Source: a virus
Strand: one strand, 5' to 3'
IMG/VR virus record: IMGVR_UViG_3300042448_001253
Span: 1 to 64,000 of that record
Length of the DNA: 64,000 bases
The position numbers were made by a program, and so were the translations under genes. Positions within the stretch are counted from its first letter, which is position 1, and the number at the start of each line of letters is the position of its first letter. The notes under the pieces were generated by a model. The model saw only the letters and a list, made by a program, of their open reading frames with translations. It had not been told where the DNA came from and searched no databases. Below, one piece after another: positions 25,092-34,236 of this stretch.

Positions 25092-25561
25092 TGATTGAAG
25101 TTAGGGATGGAGCCCGCACACTTCAGTTCGATGGCTCCCTATTAGGCGAGTCTTCATCTTTTAAAAGAGGCTCGACTCGTTGGATTGAATTCAAACTCTA
25201 CAGAACAGAGAGTGGTTCTTACATTCTTTCTAGAGTCGGAGTTTCTCTAGTGTATCACGGAGCCGCATGTCCGCTAGTAAAACGCTACGGGCTACAGGAA
25301 ATCGCAATAGAAACAGTTTCAAACCTGTCTATACCTTGCGAAGAGTGCTACCCAACTGAAGAAGCCGAACTAGTGTTCCCTGAAAAGAATCGCTACTGGG
25401 CTCAGGTTAGCGAAGAGCCAACCGCAGTTTTAGACGCTCTATATAAGTATGACGACGGCGGAGCTAGGTATCTAACTAACGTTGCTCAGAGACTTTTAGA
25501 AGAAGCATCTAAATCAGATGAAAAGATTGCCAGCATTTACAAGATAGAGATTATCCCCTAA
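25091..25561 (+). CDS. Hypothetical protein
   Basis: TAATG coupling; RW.EFKLYRT..G.YILSRVG; C...C..C. Confidence 0.75.
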   Translation: MIEVRDGARTLQFDGSLLGESSSFKRGSTRWIEFKLYRTESGSYILSRVGVSLVYHGAACPLVKRYGLQEIAIETVSNLSIPCEECYPTEEAELVFPEKNRYWAQVSEEPTAVLDALYKYDDGGARYLTNVAQRLLEEASKSDEKIASIYKIEIIP

Positions 25562-25565
25562 CGAC

Positions 25566-25594
25566 TTGCAATATTTCTAAACAAGACATAAGAT
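25566..25594 (+). promoter_or_regulatory. SigA-type promoter TTGCAA-N17-TAAGAT
   Basis: Upstream of polA with exact 17-nt spacing. Confidence 0.6.
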
Positions 25595-25621
25595 ATACAA
25601 AATGACACTAAAGGACACAAT

Positions 25622-27442
25622 ATGACCGGACTTGGCGACGTCAAGTTAGAATTGGTAGACAGCGTAGAGCAGGCTGGAAGATTTATCTCGTGGTTGAGCG
25701 AACGCCGACCGCATAACGCCATTGCTATCGATACCGAAACCGGAGAACTTCCTGGCGGTAAGCGTGATGATGCTCTATCTCCCTGGCATGGTCAACTACG
25801 CTTAGTTCAAGTTGGCGACGGGCAAACAGGATGGTCTCTCCCCTGGAATGAATGGTCTGGTGTTTTTTACGAGGCCATGGATAAATTCGATGGTCCTCTT
25901 GTCTGCCACAACGTAGCATTCGAAGCTCGTTGGTTTGAAATCCAGTCTCGTTGGAAGATGCCTTGGCATCGTATGCACGACACTATGATTATGGCTCACC
26001 TAATCGACCCGCTCGGTTCAGGTGCTCTAAAACGTCTAACTGCTCAGTATGTCGACGGTAAAGCAGCACAACTACAATCAGTGCTAGATGATGGCATGAT
26101 AAAGAATGGTTGGACTTGGGGGACTGTTCCAATCAACTTCCAGCCCTACTGGGCGTATGGTGCACTAGACACAGTTCTAACTATGAAACTCTGGGAGCAG
26201 TTTTGGGAAAAGTGTGGACCAGATAAGCCATACAGCCAAGCCTACGAACTTGAGATGAACACTCGTCGCATCGTTACTCGCATGGAGCTAAATGGTGCTC
26301 GTCTAGACCTCGACTACTCTAAGAAAAAATACCAAGAACTTGTTGACTACACAGAGCAGGTAAAAGACTGGGCCAAGAAAAACTACAACGGCATGTCTAT
26401 AACCAGCAACGCTCAGTTAGTACGTCAGTTGGAGGCAATGGGTGCAGTTATCATCGAGACAACCCCGTCAGGCAATAAGTCCGCATCAGCAGACCAACTA
26501 AAGATGCTAGTTCGTGATGGCTCACCAGAAGTTCAGATGCTAGCTGAGACTGCACTAAAGCAGCGTAAGGCAGACAAACTTGCGTCTACTTACTTCTCTA
26601 ACTTCATCAACGACAACGTCAACGGCTTTGTTCACCCGTCCATCAAAACCATGGGTGCTAGAACTGGACGTATGACTATTCAGAACCCAGCCTTGCAGAC
26701 ACTGCCTAAGGGCGACGATACTGTAAGACGTGCGTTCTTACCTAAAGACGACGACCACGTAATCATCACTTCCGACCTCGACCAAGTCGAGTTCCGTATG
26801 TTTGCCTCTATGTCCCAGGACCCAAACCTAATCAACCTATTCAACCTCGCAGATGCTACTGGCTCTGACCCGTTCACCGAGATTGGTCGTGAGATTTATC
26901 AAGACCCGTCAATGCAGAAGTCAGACAAGCGTCGTAATCTAATCAAGGGTGTAGTCTATGGACGCCTCTATGGTGCAGGTGTTGCTAAGCAGGCTCTTAC
27001 TGCCGGTGTGCCAGAAGAACAGATGCGTGCTGTTTCTAACGAGTTCGATGTTAGATTCCCGGGAATGGTTGGATTCCAAAAGAAAGTAGAAGACGTTGGA
27101 ATGCGTCGTCTTCGTTCTGAGGGTCAGGGCTACGTCAATACTTGGACTGGACGTCGCTTACCTTGCGATGAAGATAGAGTGTATACGCTCGTCAACTATC
27201 TTGTACAAGGGGGAGCAGCCGAGGTGTTCAAATCAAACCTAGTAAAACTAGACCAAGCAGATTTGACCGAGTACCTAATCGTCCCAGTGCACGATGAAAT
27301 TGTTCTAAATGCTCCACGTGAGAGTGCCGCTGAAATTCAGCAAATCGTGCGTGAGTGTATGACAACAACAGATGGTTGGGCAGTTCCACTAACTGCCGAT
27401 GTAGATGGCCCACTAGAGAATTGGGGAGCAAAATATGCCTAA
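25622..27442 (+). CDS. polA: Family A DNA polymerase with 3'-5' exonuclease domain
   Basis: AIDTET (ExoI), HN..FE, YGALD; motif A DLDQVEFR, motif B RNLIKGVVYGRLYG, motif C VHDE. Confidence 0.95.
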   Translation: MTGLGDVKLELVDSVEQAGRFISWLSERRPHNAIAIDTETGELPGGKRDDALSPWHGQLRLVQVGDGQTGWSLPWNEWSGVFYEAMDKFDGPLVCHNVAFEARWFEIQSRWKMPWHRMHDTMIMAHLIDPLGSGALKRLTAQYVDGKAAQLQSVLDDGMIKNGWTWGTVPINFQPYWAYGALDTVLTMKLWEQFWEKCGPDKPYSQAYELEMNTRRIVTRMELNGARLDLDYSKKKYQELVDYTEQVKDWAKKNYNGMSITSNAQLVRQLEAMGAVIIETTPSGNKSASADQLKMLVRDGSPEVQMLAETALKQRKADKLASTYFSNFINDNVNGFVHPSIKTMGARTGRMTIQNPALQTLPKGDDTVRRAFLPKDDDHVIITSDLDQVEFRMFASMSQDPNLINLFNLADATGSDPFTEIGREIYQDPSMQKSDKRRNLIKGVVYGRLYGAGVAKQALTAGVPEEQMRAVSNEFDVRFPGMVGFQKKVEDVGMRRLRSEGQGYVNTWTGRRLPCDEDRVYTLVNYLVQGGAAEVFKSNLVKLDQADLTEYLIVPVHDEIVLNAPRESAAEIQQIVRECMTTTDGWAVPLTADVDGPLENWGAKYA

Positions 27443-27902
27443 GTTCGTACTTTCAATCGACCCTGGAAAAGCAACAGGAATCGCAATGTTTGATTATCAG
27501 GATGGCGAAGAGCCAGTGCTGATGTGGTCAGGCGAGTATCAGCAAGACGAGTACGCTAAGCCAATCAGAGAGGCATTTGCTCTAGCAATCACAAGCAACA
27601 CGCCGATGGATATAGTTTGCGAAAGATTTACTATCAACGCTCAGACTGTAAAAAACTCACAAGCACCTTACTCTTTAGAACAAATCGGCATCCTAAAACA
27701 GATAATGATGGACATTGGACGTAAGCCTGACGACATCTATTTTCAGTCTCCAGCAGACGCTAAAGCCATGTTTGACAACGCAAAACTAAAGAAGTTAGGC
27801 TACTGGCACAAGGGTGGCGAAGGACATGCACTTGACGCAATCCGACATGGTTTGCTAAGGTTGATAAAACTAGGGTGGAAACCTCTAGGATTGCTTAAAT
27901 AA
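27435..27902 (+). CDS. RuvC-like (RNase H fold) resolvase
   Basis: VLSIDPGKATG, IVCERF, GH.LDAIRH. Confidence 0.7.
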   Translation: MPKFVLSIDPGKATGIAMFDYQDGEEPVLMWSGEYQQDEYAKPIREAFALAITSNTPMDIVCERFTINAQTVKNSQAPYSLEQIGILKQIMMDIGRKPDDIYFQSPADAKAMFDNAKLKKLGYWHKGGEGHALDAIRHGLLRLIKLGWKPLGLLK

Positions 27903-27984
27903 AAAAATAAAAAGATATTAGCAAAAAACGCAATAAGTTTTAGTTTTTTGTGTTAGTATGTATTAGCGACGAAAGGATGGCTCA

Positions 27985-29793
27985 GTGCCTACAAATGTAG
28001 AACTCGATGAATCGGGTAAACACATTATTATCAATGCCGAATGGCGTTTGAAAGAACTCTGTAAAAGCATCCCTGGAGCAGCGTGGTCTGCCAAGGAACA
28101 AGTTTGGCGTATCCCGACTTCATGGGCAGGATGCCTAGCCCTACGCTCTACTTTTAAAACAGACCTAGTAATTGGTCCAAGACTTTCAGAATGGGCAACC
28201 AACGAATCTGCTGTTCGTATCGGCCCATCCAATGAGCTAAGAGATTTAGAAATCACAGACGATGGCGATGAAGATTTATTCCCGCACCAGCGTGCAGGAG
28301 TGAAGTTTCTAGCTACTGCTAGGCGTGCACTTCTTGCAGACGAGCCAGGACTTGGTAAGACCGCTCAGGCTATCCGTGCTCTAAAAGCACTCCACGACAG
28401 AGGCGAGGATATTTTTCCTGCTCTAGTTGTCTGCCCAAACACCCTAAAGAAAAACTGGGAACGTGAGTTTGAAAAGTGGTGGCCTGGAGTTGATGTTCAG
28501 GTTATCAAGGGAACTGCCACTCAGCGACGTGCTCAGTTCGAACACCCAGCAAACGTTTACGTTATCAACTGGGAGTCTCTACGCACTCATTCCCGTCTTG
28601 CACCCTATGGCTCTATTGCTCTTGCTAAGTGCCCAGACTGTGGCGGACACGACGAGCGTGTAACGCACTCAAGATGTGAGTCTCACAAGCGTGAACTAAA
28701 CGAGATTGATTTCAAGGCTATTATTGCTGACGAGATGCACCGCTCAAAGGACCCTAAGTCCAAGCAGAGCCGAGCATTGTTTGCGGCTAGTGGCGACGCA
28801 GATATTCGTTTTGCCCTTACTGGTACTCCTATTGCTAACAACGTTCTAGACATGTGGGCAATCCTGCACTGGATTTCTCCGTCAGAGTGGCCTAGCAAAA
28901 CCAAGTGGATTGACCGCATGGTAAATACTATGATGAACGCTTTTGGCGGGATGATGGTTCTTGGCGTAAAGCCGCACATGGAGCAAGAGTTCTATGCTGC
29001 AATCAACCCTCGTATGCGTAGAATGCTGAAGTCTCGTGTACTACCTTGGCTACCTGAAATTATCAATGACCGTCGTGATGTAGAGATGTCTGCAAAACAA
29101 GCAAAAGCTTACAAGCAGATGCGAGACAACATGATTGCAGTTCTTGAAAAAGAAGAGCCAGGGCTTGGCGACGCAGTTGTCGCACCGAACCCTCTTACTC
29201 AAACTATTCGTTTGCTACAGCTAGCAAGTTCTTATGCCGAAGTAACAATTGGTGAAGATGGAGCAGAAAAGATTCTTTTGTCAGACCCTTCCTGTAAGGT
29301 AGATGCTCTGATGGATGATATTAAAGAAGGCGACTTCGGAGACGATTCAGTTGCAGTCTGTGCAGTGTCTAGGCAGTTGATTGAACTACTAAGTGCACGC
29401 ATGACTAAAGAAGGAATCGAGCATGGTCTAATCACTGGTGCTCAGGACGAAGATGAACGTCAGAAAGCTATTGACGACTTCCAGTCTGGACGCATAAAAT
29501 GGATTCTATTCACCGCACAAGCAGGTGGAGTTGGTGTCACCTTGACAGCGGCTCGCAGACTTGTTATGCTACAAAGACCGTGGTCTCTTGTTGACCACAA
29601 ACAGGCTATGGACCGTGTTCACCGCATTGGCTCTGAGATTCACGACTCTGTGATTATCACTGACTATGTAACTGAAGGCACCATAGAAGAACGAGTACTA
29701 CAAGCACTAGATACAAAAGCAGATAACTTCGAACAAATCGTTCGAGACAAGAGCAAACTTCTCGAATTGCTAAAAGAAGAGAAGACCAAGTAA
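27985..29793 (+). CDS. SNF2-family helicase
   Basis: LADEPGLGKT, ADEMH, LTGTP, GGVGVTLTAA, QAMDRVHRIG; GTG start. Confidence 0.92.
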   Translation: MPTNVELDESGKHIIINAEWRLKELCKSIPGAAWSAKEQVWRIPTSWAGCLALRSTFKTDLVIGPRLSEWATNESAVRIGPSNELRDLEITDDGDEDLFPHQRAGVKFLATARRALLADEPGLGKTAQAIRALKALHDRGEDIFPALVVCPNTLKKNWEREFEKWWPGVDVQVIKGTATQRRAQFEHPANVYVINWESLRTHSRLAPYGSIALAKCPDCGGHDERVTHSRCESHKRELNEIDFKAIIADEMHRSKDPKSKQSRALFAASGDADIRFALTGTPIANNVLDMWAILHWISPSEWPSKTKWIDRMVNTMMNAFGGMMVLGVKPHMEQEFYAAINPRMRRMLKSRVLPWLPEIINDRRDVEMSAKQAKAYKQMRDNMIAVLEKEEPGLGDAVVAPNPLTQTIRLLQLASSYAEVTIGEDGAEKILLSDPSCKVDALMDDIKEGDFGDDSVAVCAVSRQLIELLSARMTKEGIEHGLITGAQDEDERQKAIDDFQSGRIKWILFTAQAGGVGVTLTAARRLVMLQRPWSLVDHKQAMDRVHRIGSEIHDSVIITDYVTEGTIEERVLQALDTKADNFEQIVRDKSKLLELLKEEKTK

Positions 29794-29802
29794 GGTAAAC
29801 AC

Positions 29803-30762
29803 ATGACATACGATTACACCGGAGGAAAAGGTCCTCTAAGAGTTTCTAACTCAGAGATTCAGACGTTCAAAGACTGCCGTCGCAAGTGGTGGTTGGCGTA
29901 CTATAGACGTCTAAAGCCAAAGCAACAAGACTTCGTTGGTCCACTGGCACTAGGTTCTCGCATCCACGAGGCACTAGACCAGTACTATTCATCTAACGGT
30001 GAAGTAGGTCTACTAGATGCACATGCTGCATTGGTAGAGGCTGACCGCAAGACTCTAATGAACGAGTATCGTGATACTTCTGACCTAGAGTCTGAAGCAG
30101 AGCTAGGACGCATCATGCTTGAGGGCTACCTACAGTGGGTAGAAGACGAGGGTATCGATGCTGAACTAGAAATGATTTCTACTGAAGAGATTATCTCTAT
30201 GCCGATGTTTGATGGTGCAGTGGAACTACAAGGTAAAATCGATATGCGAGTTCGTCGCAAGTCTGATGGTGCCCGCATGTTCCGTGACTTCAAGACTGTT
30301 GGTGGCTCATTCACTGAGTTCGGTTCAACCGCACACATGAACGAACAGATTCTTACCTACATGACACTAGAGGCTGCTCAGAACAAAGAGGGCGAGCGTT
30401 CAGACGGAGGTATCTTTACTCTTATCAAAAAGGTAAAGCGTACTGCCAATGCACGACCTCCTTTTTACGAGCAGATGGAAGTTCGTCATAATATTTTTGC
30501 ACTACGTGCGTTTTGGAAACGCTTAACTGGTAGCATAGGTGATATGCTCGCAGTCCGTAGAGCATTAGACGAGGGCACAGACCACCAGTTGGTTGCGTAT
30601 CCTCGTCCGAGTCGCGACTGTAAGTGGAAGTGTCAATTCTTTGCCATTTGTCCACTTGTAGATGACGGCTCTGCTGCAGAAGCGGCAATCGAAGATTCAT
30701 TTGTGGTTGGCAACCCTTATGATTACTATGGAAACACTGAAGATAAAAAAGGAAGTGAATGA
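29803..30762 (+). CDS. Cas4/AddB-like PD-(D/E)xK exonuclease
   Basis: DCRRKW; GKID...DFKT; Q..TY; C-terminal DCKWKCQFFAICP (four-Cys set). Confidence 0.85.
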   Translation: MTYDYTGGKGPLRVSNSEIQTFKDCRRKWWLAYYRRLKPKQQDFVGPLALGSRIHEALDQYYSSNGEVGLLDAHAALVEADRKTLMNEYRDTSDLESEAELGRIMLEGYLQWVEDEGIDAELEMISTEEIISMPMFDGAVELQGKIDMRVRRKSDGARMFRDFKTVGGSFTEFGSTAHMNEQILTYMTLEAAQNKEGERSDGGIFTLIKKVKRTANARPPFYEQMEVRHNIFALRAFWKRLTGSIGDMLAVRRALDEGTDHQLVAYPRPSRDCKWKCQFFAICPLVDDGSAAEAAIEDSFVVGNPYDYYGNTEDKKGSE

Positions 30763-31529
30763 TGGCTGACGTACAACGTTCTTTGACCCTCATGGTCTAT
30801 GGCGAAAGCAAGGTAGGTAAATCTACCCTTGCTGTTACTGCACCTTACCCACGCCTAATGCTAGATGTTGAGGGTGGGCACAGATTCCTACCAATCAACG
30901 TCAAGTACTGGGACCCTATCCGTGAAGAGCCACCTGTGGCTGACGGAACATGGGACACAGTAGTTGTGGCTGTCCGCGACTACGACGTGGTTATGAAGGC
31001 ATTCCAGTGGCTACAAACTGGAAAGCACCAGTTCAAATCACTAATCATCGACTCAATCTCTGAGTTGCAGGTTAAGTGTATGGACAACATTGCTGGTACC
31101 GAGCAAATGAAGATGCAACAGTGGGGCGAACTTCTTCGCCACATGGGTGCACTACTTCGTGACCTACGTGACCTTACAATGCACCCTACTCAGCCTCTTG
31201 AGGCTGTAGTACTGACTGCTATGGCACGTAAGGGTCAGGATGGCGTATACCGTCCTTACCTACAAGGCCAGCTAGCAATTCAGGCACCTTACTTCTACGA
31301 CATCCTCGGAGCAGTTACAGTGGAGCAGATTCCAAATCCTGACCCAATGCAACCGCCTTACAAGGTTCGTCGTATGTATGTAGAACGCACTCCGGAGTAC
31401 GAAGCCGGTGAGCGTGTACAAGGACGACTAGGAAAAGTCGTTGAGCAACAAGATTTGGGCATCGAAAGAATGCTCGATATGGTCTTCGGAGCGAAGACTG
31501 TCACCCCAACCCCAACACAGAATAGTTAG
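30759..31529 (+). CDS. AAA ATPase (Sak4-like recombination protein)
   Basis: YGESKVGKST, LMLDVEGG, LIIDSISE. Confidence 0.8.
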   Translation: MMADVQRSLTLMVYGESKVGKSTLAVTAPYPRLMLDVEGGHRFLPINVKYWDPIREEPPVADGTWDTVVVAVRDYDVVMKAFQWLQTGKHQFKSLIIDSISELQVKCMDNIAGTEQMKMQQWGELLRHMGALLRDLRDLTMHPTQPLEAVVLTAMARKGQDGVYRPYLQGQLAIQAPYFYDILGAVTVEQIPNPDPMQPPYKVRRMYVERTPEYEAGERVQGRLGKVVEQQDLGIERMLDMVFGAKTVTPTPTQNS

Positions 31530-31540
31530 GAGATAAAACT

Positions 31541-32104
31541 ATGAGTTCACTTAATTGGAGCGACTTAGTAAAAGAAGCTGGAGAAACCTCTAGCTACGAA
31601 CCACTACCGGATGGCGATTACGCCCTTAAGGTAATCGAGGCAACTGCAAAGGTGTCTCAATCAGGCAAGACCATGTTTGCCATCACCACCGAAGTTCAGG
31701 GTGGGCCACATGCTAAGCGTCGTGTTTGGGACAACCTAGTTGTCTCTCCTGACTCTGCAGCTGCCCTAGGCATCTTCTTCAAGAAGATGGAAGCTCTTGG
31801 CTTGCCACGTAGCTACTTCGACCAGAACCCAACCAACGCACAGATTGAAGCGGCCATTCGTGACCGTGTATTCCGTGGCCGTGTAGGTTCTCGTGTTTGG
31901 CAGGGTGCCAAGAAGAACGAAATCAAGGACTACTTCCCAGCAGTCGTTGACGGCGTTGCTCCTGCGGCAACAGCAGCTACACCTTTTGCTGCTCCTGCTC
32001 CTGCTCCTGCACCAGCTCCAGCACCTGCTGCTGCTCCAGTGTACGCATCTGCACCTGCTCCAGCCCCAGCGGCTCCAGTGAGTTCAGCAGACGCTCCGTT
32101 CTAA
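31541..32104 (+). CDS. Single-stranded DNA-binding protein (DUF669-like)
   Basis: YEPLPDGDY...SQSGKTM...GPHAKRRVWDNL; Ala-Pro repeat tail ending DAPF. Confidence 0.75.
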   Translation: MSSLNWSDLVKEAGETSSYEPLPDGDYALKVIEATAKVSQSGKTMFAITTEVQGGPHAKRRVWDNLVVSPDSAAALGIFFKKMEALGLPRSYFDQNPTNAQIEAAIRDRVFRGRVGSRVWQGAKKNEIKDYFPAVVDGVAPAATAATPFAAPAPAPAPAPAPAAAPVYASAPAPAPAAPVSSADAPF

Positions 32105-32112
32105 TCAACTAG

Positions 32113-32151
32113 ATAGCAGGGGGCACTACTTTTGTGGTGCTCCCTTGCTAT
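32113..32151 (+). terminator. Long hairpin after ssb
   Basis: ATAGCAGGGGGCACTAC-TTTT-GTGGTGCTCCCTTGCTAT. Confidence 0.65.
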
Positions 32152-32166
32152 TGATTAAGGTTAAGT

Positions 32167-33192
32167 ATGAAAATTCTTTTGACTGGTATGGCGTCAAGCC
32201 ACGTATCTCCAAAAGCACACTCTAACAACTTTGGATTTTTTGCAGCTCTAAATGAGAGTCTGACTACAGATGGCCACGACGTTACTTGGGGCCCATCTAG
32301 CGTTACTTGGGATGCTAGCGATTTAGACGCCTATGACGCAGTTTTTGTTGGTGTAGTGCCTCCGACTGCTATTAGTGCAAATAGAGCATACGGTGCCCTA
32401 AACGTAATCCAAAAACTTTTTGGCTCTAAGAAACTTTACTTGGTGATTGACTCACCGCAGTATTGGCTACTAGAGCACAGCCTCGCATCTATAGTTAGAC
32501 AGCCAGAAAAACTCGTAAGTGCTTTCTACAATAAGCGAGCCGAATACAGCCTAGCGATAAGCCCGAAAACCTTAGAGGGTTTGATGGACGCATGTCAGAA
32601 GTTGCTTTCTGAGAAATGGCCTACAACCCTGTACCCATCGCTACCTTGGAAATCCTCTCAGTCCGTAGCCCAACTGCTACCAAGCGGAGCATCAGATTCA
32701 GTTGTTGGAATCAATTTTGATTCTTTATACATTACAAAATCTCTTGCAGAGCCCGGAACAGACAGCGACCACTGGACTGTAACAGAGTCAAAAGGCCCTT
32801 GGGCATTGGCTATGGGAAGGACTGTTCGCCACCGAATAGCCCCAGTTAGGGCTTCTAAGGCCGATACAAACGACAAAGTATCCGAGACCATATCAGGCTC
32901 TATTGGGGTCATAATAACCCCTCAGAGGCGTAAGGGCGGTACTTGGTGGTCATTTGTGTATGCTCAGGCTATGAACGAACTAGTGCCTGTAGTTACAGAA
33001 TGGCGAGAGTCTTCGCTAATCGGACAGAGCTGGAATGTCCTAGCCTCCGAAGTAGAAGATATGACACCTATTGATAGATACCTACTAGCCATAAAGCAAA
33101 GAGAAGACTATCTAAACGCAATAAATTCAAACACCGAAAACAGCGTCCTACTAGAGAGTATCTTAGGACTAACAAAGAAAGAAGAAGCATAA
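32167..33192 (+). CDS. GT-B fold protein resembling DNA beta-glucosyltransferase
   Basis: MKILLTGM...DLDAYDAVFVG...ALNVIQKLFGSKKLYLVID echoes the T4 BGT N-terminus as recalled; not aligned computationally. Confidence 0.5.
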   Translation: MKILLTGMASSHVSPKAHSNNFGFFAALNESLTTDGHDVTWGPSSVTWDASDLDAYDAVFVGVVPPTAISANRAYGALNVIQKLFGSKKLYLVIDSPQYWLLEHSLASIVRQPEKLVSAFYNKRAEYSLAISPKTLEGLMDACQKLLSEKWPTTLYPSLPWKSSQSVAQLLPSGASDSVVGINFDSLYITKSLAEPGTDSDHWTVTESKGPWALAMGRTVRHRIAPVRASKADTNDKVSETISGSIGVIITPQRRKGGTWWSFVYAQAMNELVPVVTEWRESSLIGQSWNVLASEVEDMTPIDRYLLAIKQREDYLNAINSNTENSVLLESILGLTKKEEA

Positions 33193-33620
33193 TGCCAGAT
33201 GTAAATTTTGAATGGGTAAGACAGCAACTACAAGAAGTAAAAGCTAAAGTAGGTTCCGGCAATGCCGTACTGAACCTGCTAGAAACCTGGGCTAAAGACA
33301 CCAAACTGTCTCCAGGCATGGCAAAAGAGGCTGTAGAGATGTTCAGCAAACTAGCTTTGAACGAGGCTCTAAGCACTCCACAGGTCGATAAAGACGAGGT
33401 ATGGGTACCAGCAAGAGCAGGTCAGTTAGTTGTAGGCGACGAAGTTAGAGTTGCTACCAATGCTTTCTCAGATAGTGCTGGTGCGATTCACAACGGACGT
33501 AGAGGTAAGATTATTGCTATCCGCTACGGAGACGTTATTTTCAAAGCAACTGATGGTAAAATCCCTGACCTAGAGGGCGTACACTATTCTCCAGACCGCC
33601 TAGAGAAAAGAGTTGGCTAA
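33192..33620 (+). CDS. Hypothetical protein with SH3/KOW-like C-terminus
   Basis: LVVGDEVRV...HNGRRGKIIAIRYGD. Confidence 0.7.
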   Translation: MPDVNFEWVRQQLQEVKAKVGSGNAVLNLLETWAKDTKLSPGMAKEAVEMFSKLALNEALSTPQVDKDEVWVPARAGQLVVGDEVRVATNAFSDSAGAIHNGRRGKIIAIRYGDVIFKATDGKIPDLEGVHYSPDRLEKRVG

Positions 33621-33829
33621 TGGCTAAAGTAACATTTGAACTAGAATTGACAGGAAAAACCCTAACTGACGTAAAAGAAGTAGCCGTAAAACGCATAGCT
33701 TCCTTTCTAGAATCAGACGAGGATGCACTGGATAACCTAGTAGATACAGAATACAAAGTTCAGTTGGGCGAAGGTACTTACAAGGTAACTTGCTATGCAA
33801 CTGTAAAGAGAAGTATCTCTAGAATCTAA
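33620..33829 (+). CDS. Hypothetical protein
   Basis: TAATG coupling. Confidence 0.7.
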   Translation: MAKVTFELELTGKTLTDVKEVAVKRIASFLESDEDALDNLVDTEYKVQLGEGTYKVTCYATVKRSISRI

Positions 33830-33852
33830 TTTTGTAATCCACGGTGACTCAC

Positions 33853-33882
33853 CCTGACGGATTTAATTTGTCAGGATACAAT
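33853..33882 (+). promoter_or_regulatory. Dyad CCTGAC-N11-GTCAGG immediately upstream of a TACAAT -10
   Basis: The -10 at 33877-33882 sits 6 nt before an ATG at 33889 (leaderless geometry). Confidence 0.5.
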
Positions 33883-33888
33883 CTTAAC

Positions 33889-34236
33889 ATGAAAGATTCT
33901 AGAAAAGGCGAGTCGCTTTGGTCTGAGTGGGACGGCTACGGCTACCCAAATAAGTTCGAAGACAGCTCACTCGTTTATTACACCTATGACCATGTTGATT
34001 TAGAGCACGAAGTAGTTAGGCGTGCCTTAGCGTCGTCCATCCAGCGAGACGGAATAGTATCCTCTCTAGGCGAAGCATTCAAGATGCTTGACTCTAGCTC
34101 CGTAGTGCAAGGATACGCTGGAGAAGTAAACGGAAACTACCACCTAACATTTTGCCAAGACGACGGCTCTACCATAAATGGTGATGAAGTTGCCGAGGTT
34201 CTGTACATTACTTTTGTAGAGGTGCGGGACGAGTGA
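33889..34236 (+). CDS. Hypothetical protein (probably leaderless)
   Basis: Start moved from GTG 33844 to ATG 33889 on promoter geometry. Confidence 0.65.
   Translation: MKDSRKGESLWSEWDGYGYPNKFEDSSLVYYTYDHVDLEHEVVRRALASSIQRDGIVSSLGEAFKMLDSSSVVQGYAGEVNGNYHLTFCQDDGSTINGDEVAEVLYITFVEVRDE

Noticed and set aside
8246-29793. Inteins or introns in nrdJ, primase-helicase, polA or SNF2
   Set aside because: ORFs are continuous, of ordinary length, with motifs normally spaced and no splice-junction or homing-endonuclease motifs.
31980-32080. Tandem GCTCCT/GCACCT DNA repeat as a regulatory element
   Set aside because: Fully explained by the Ala-Pro linker of the SSB.
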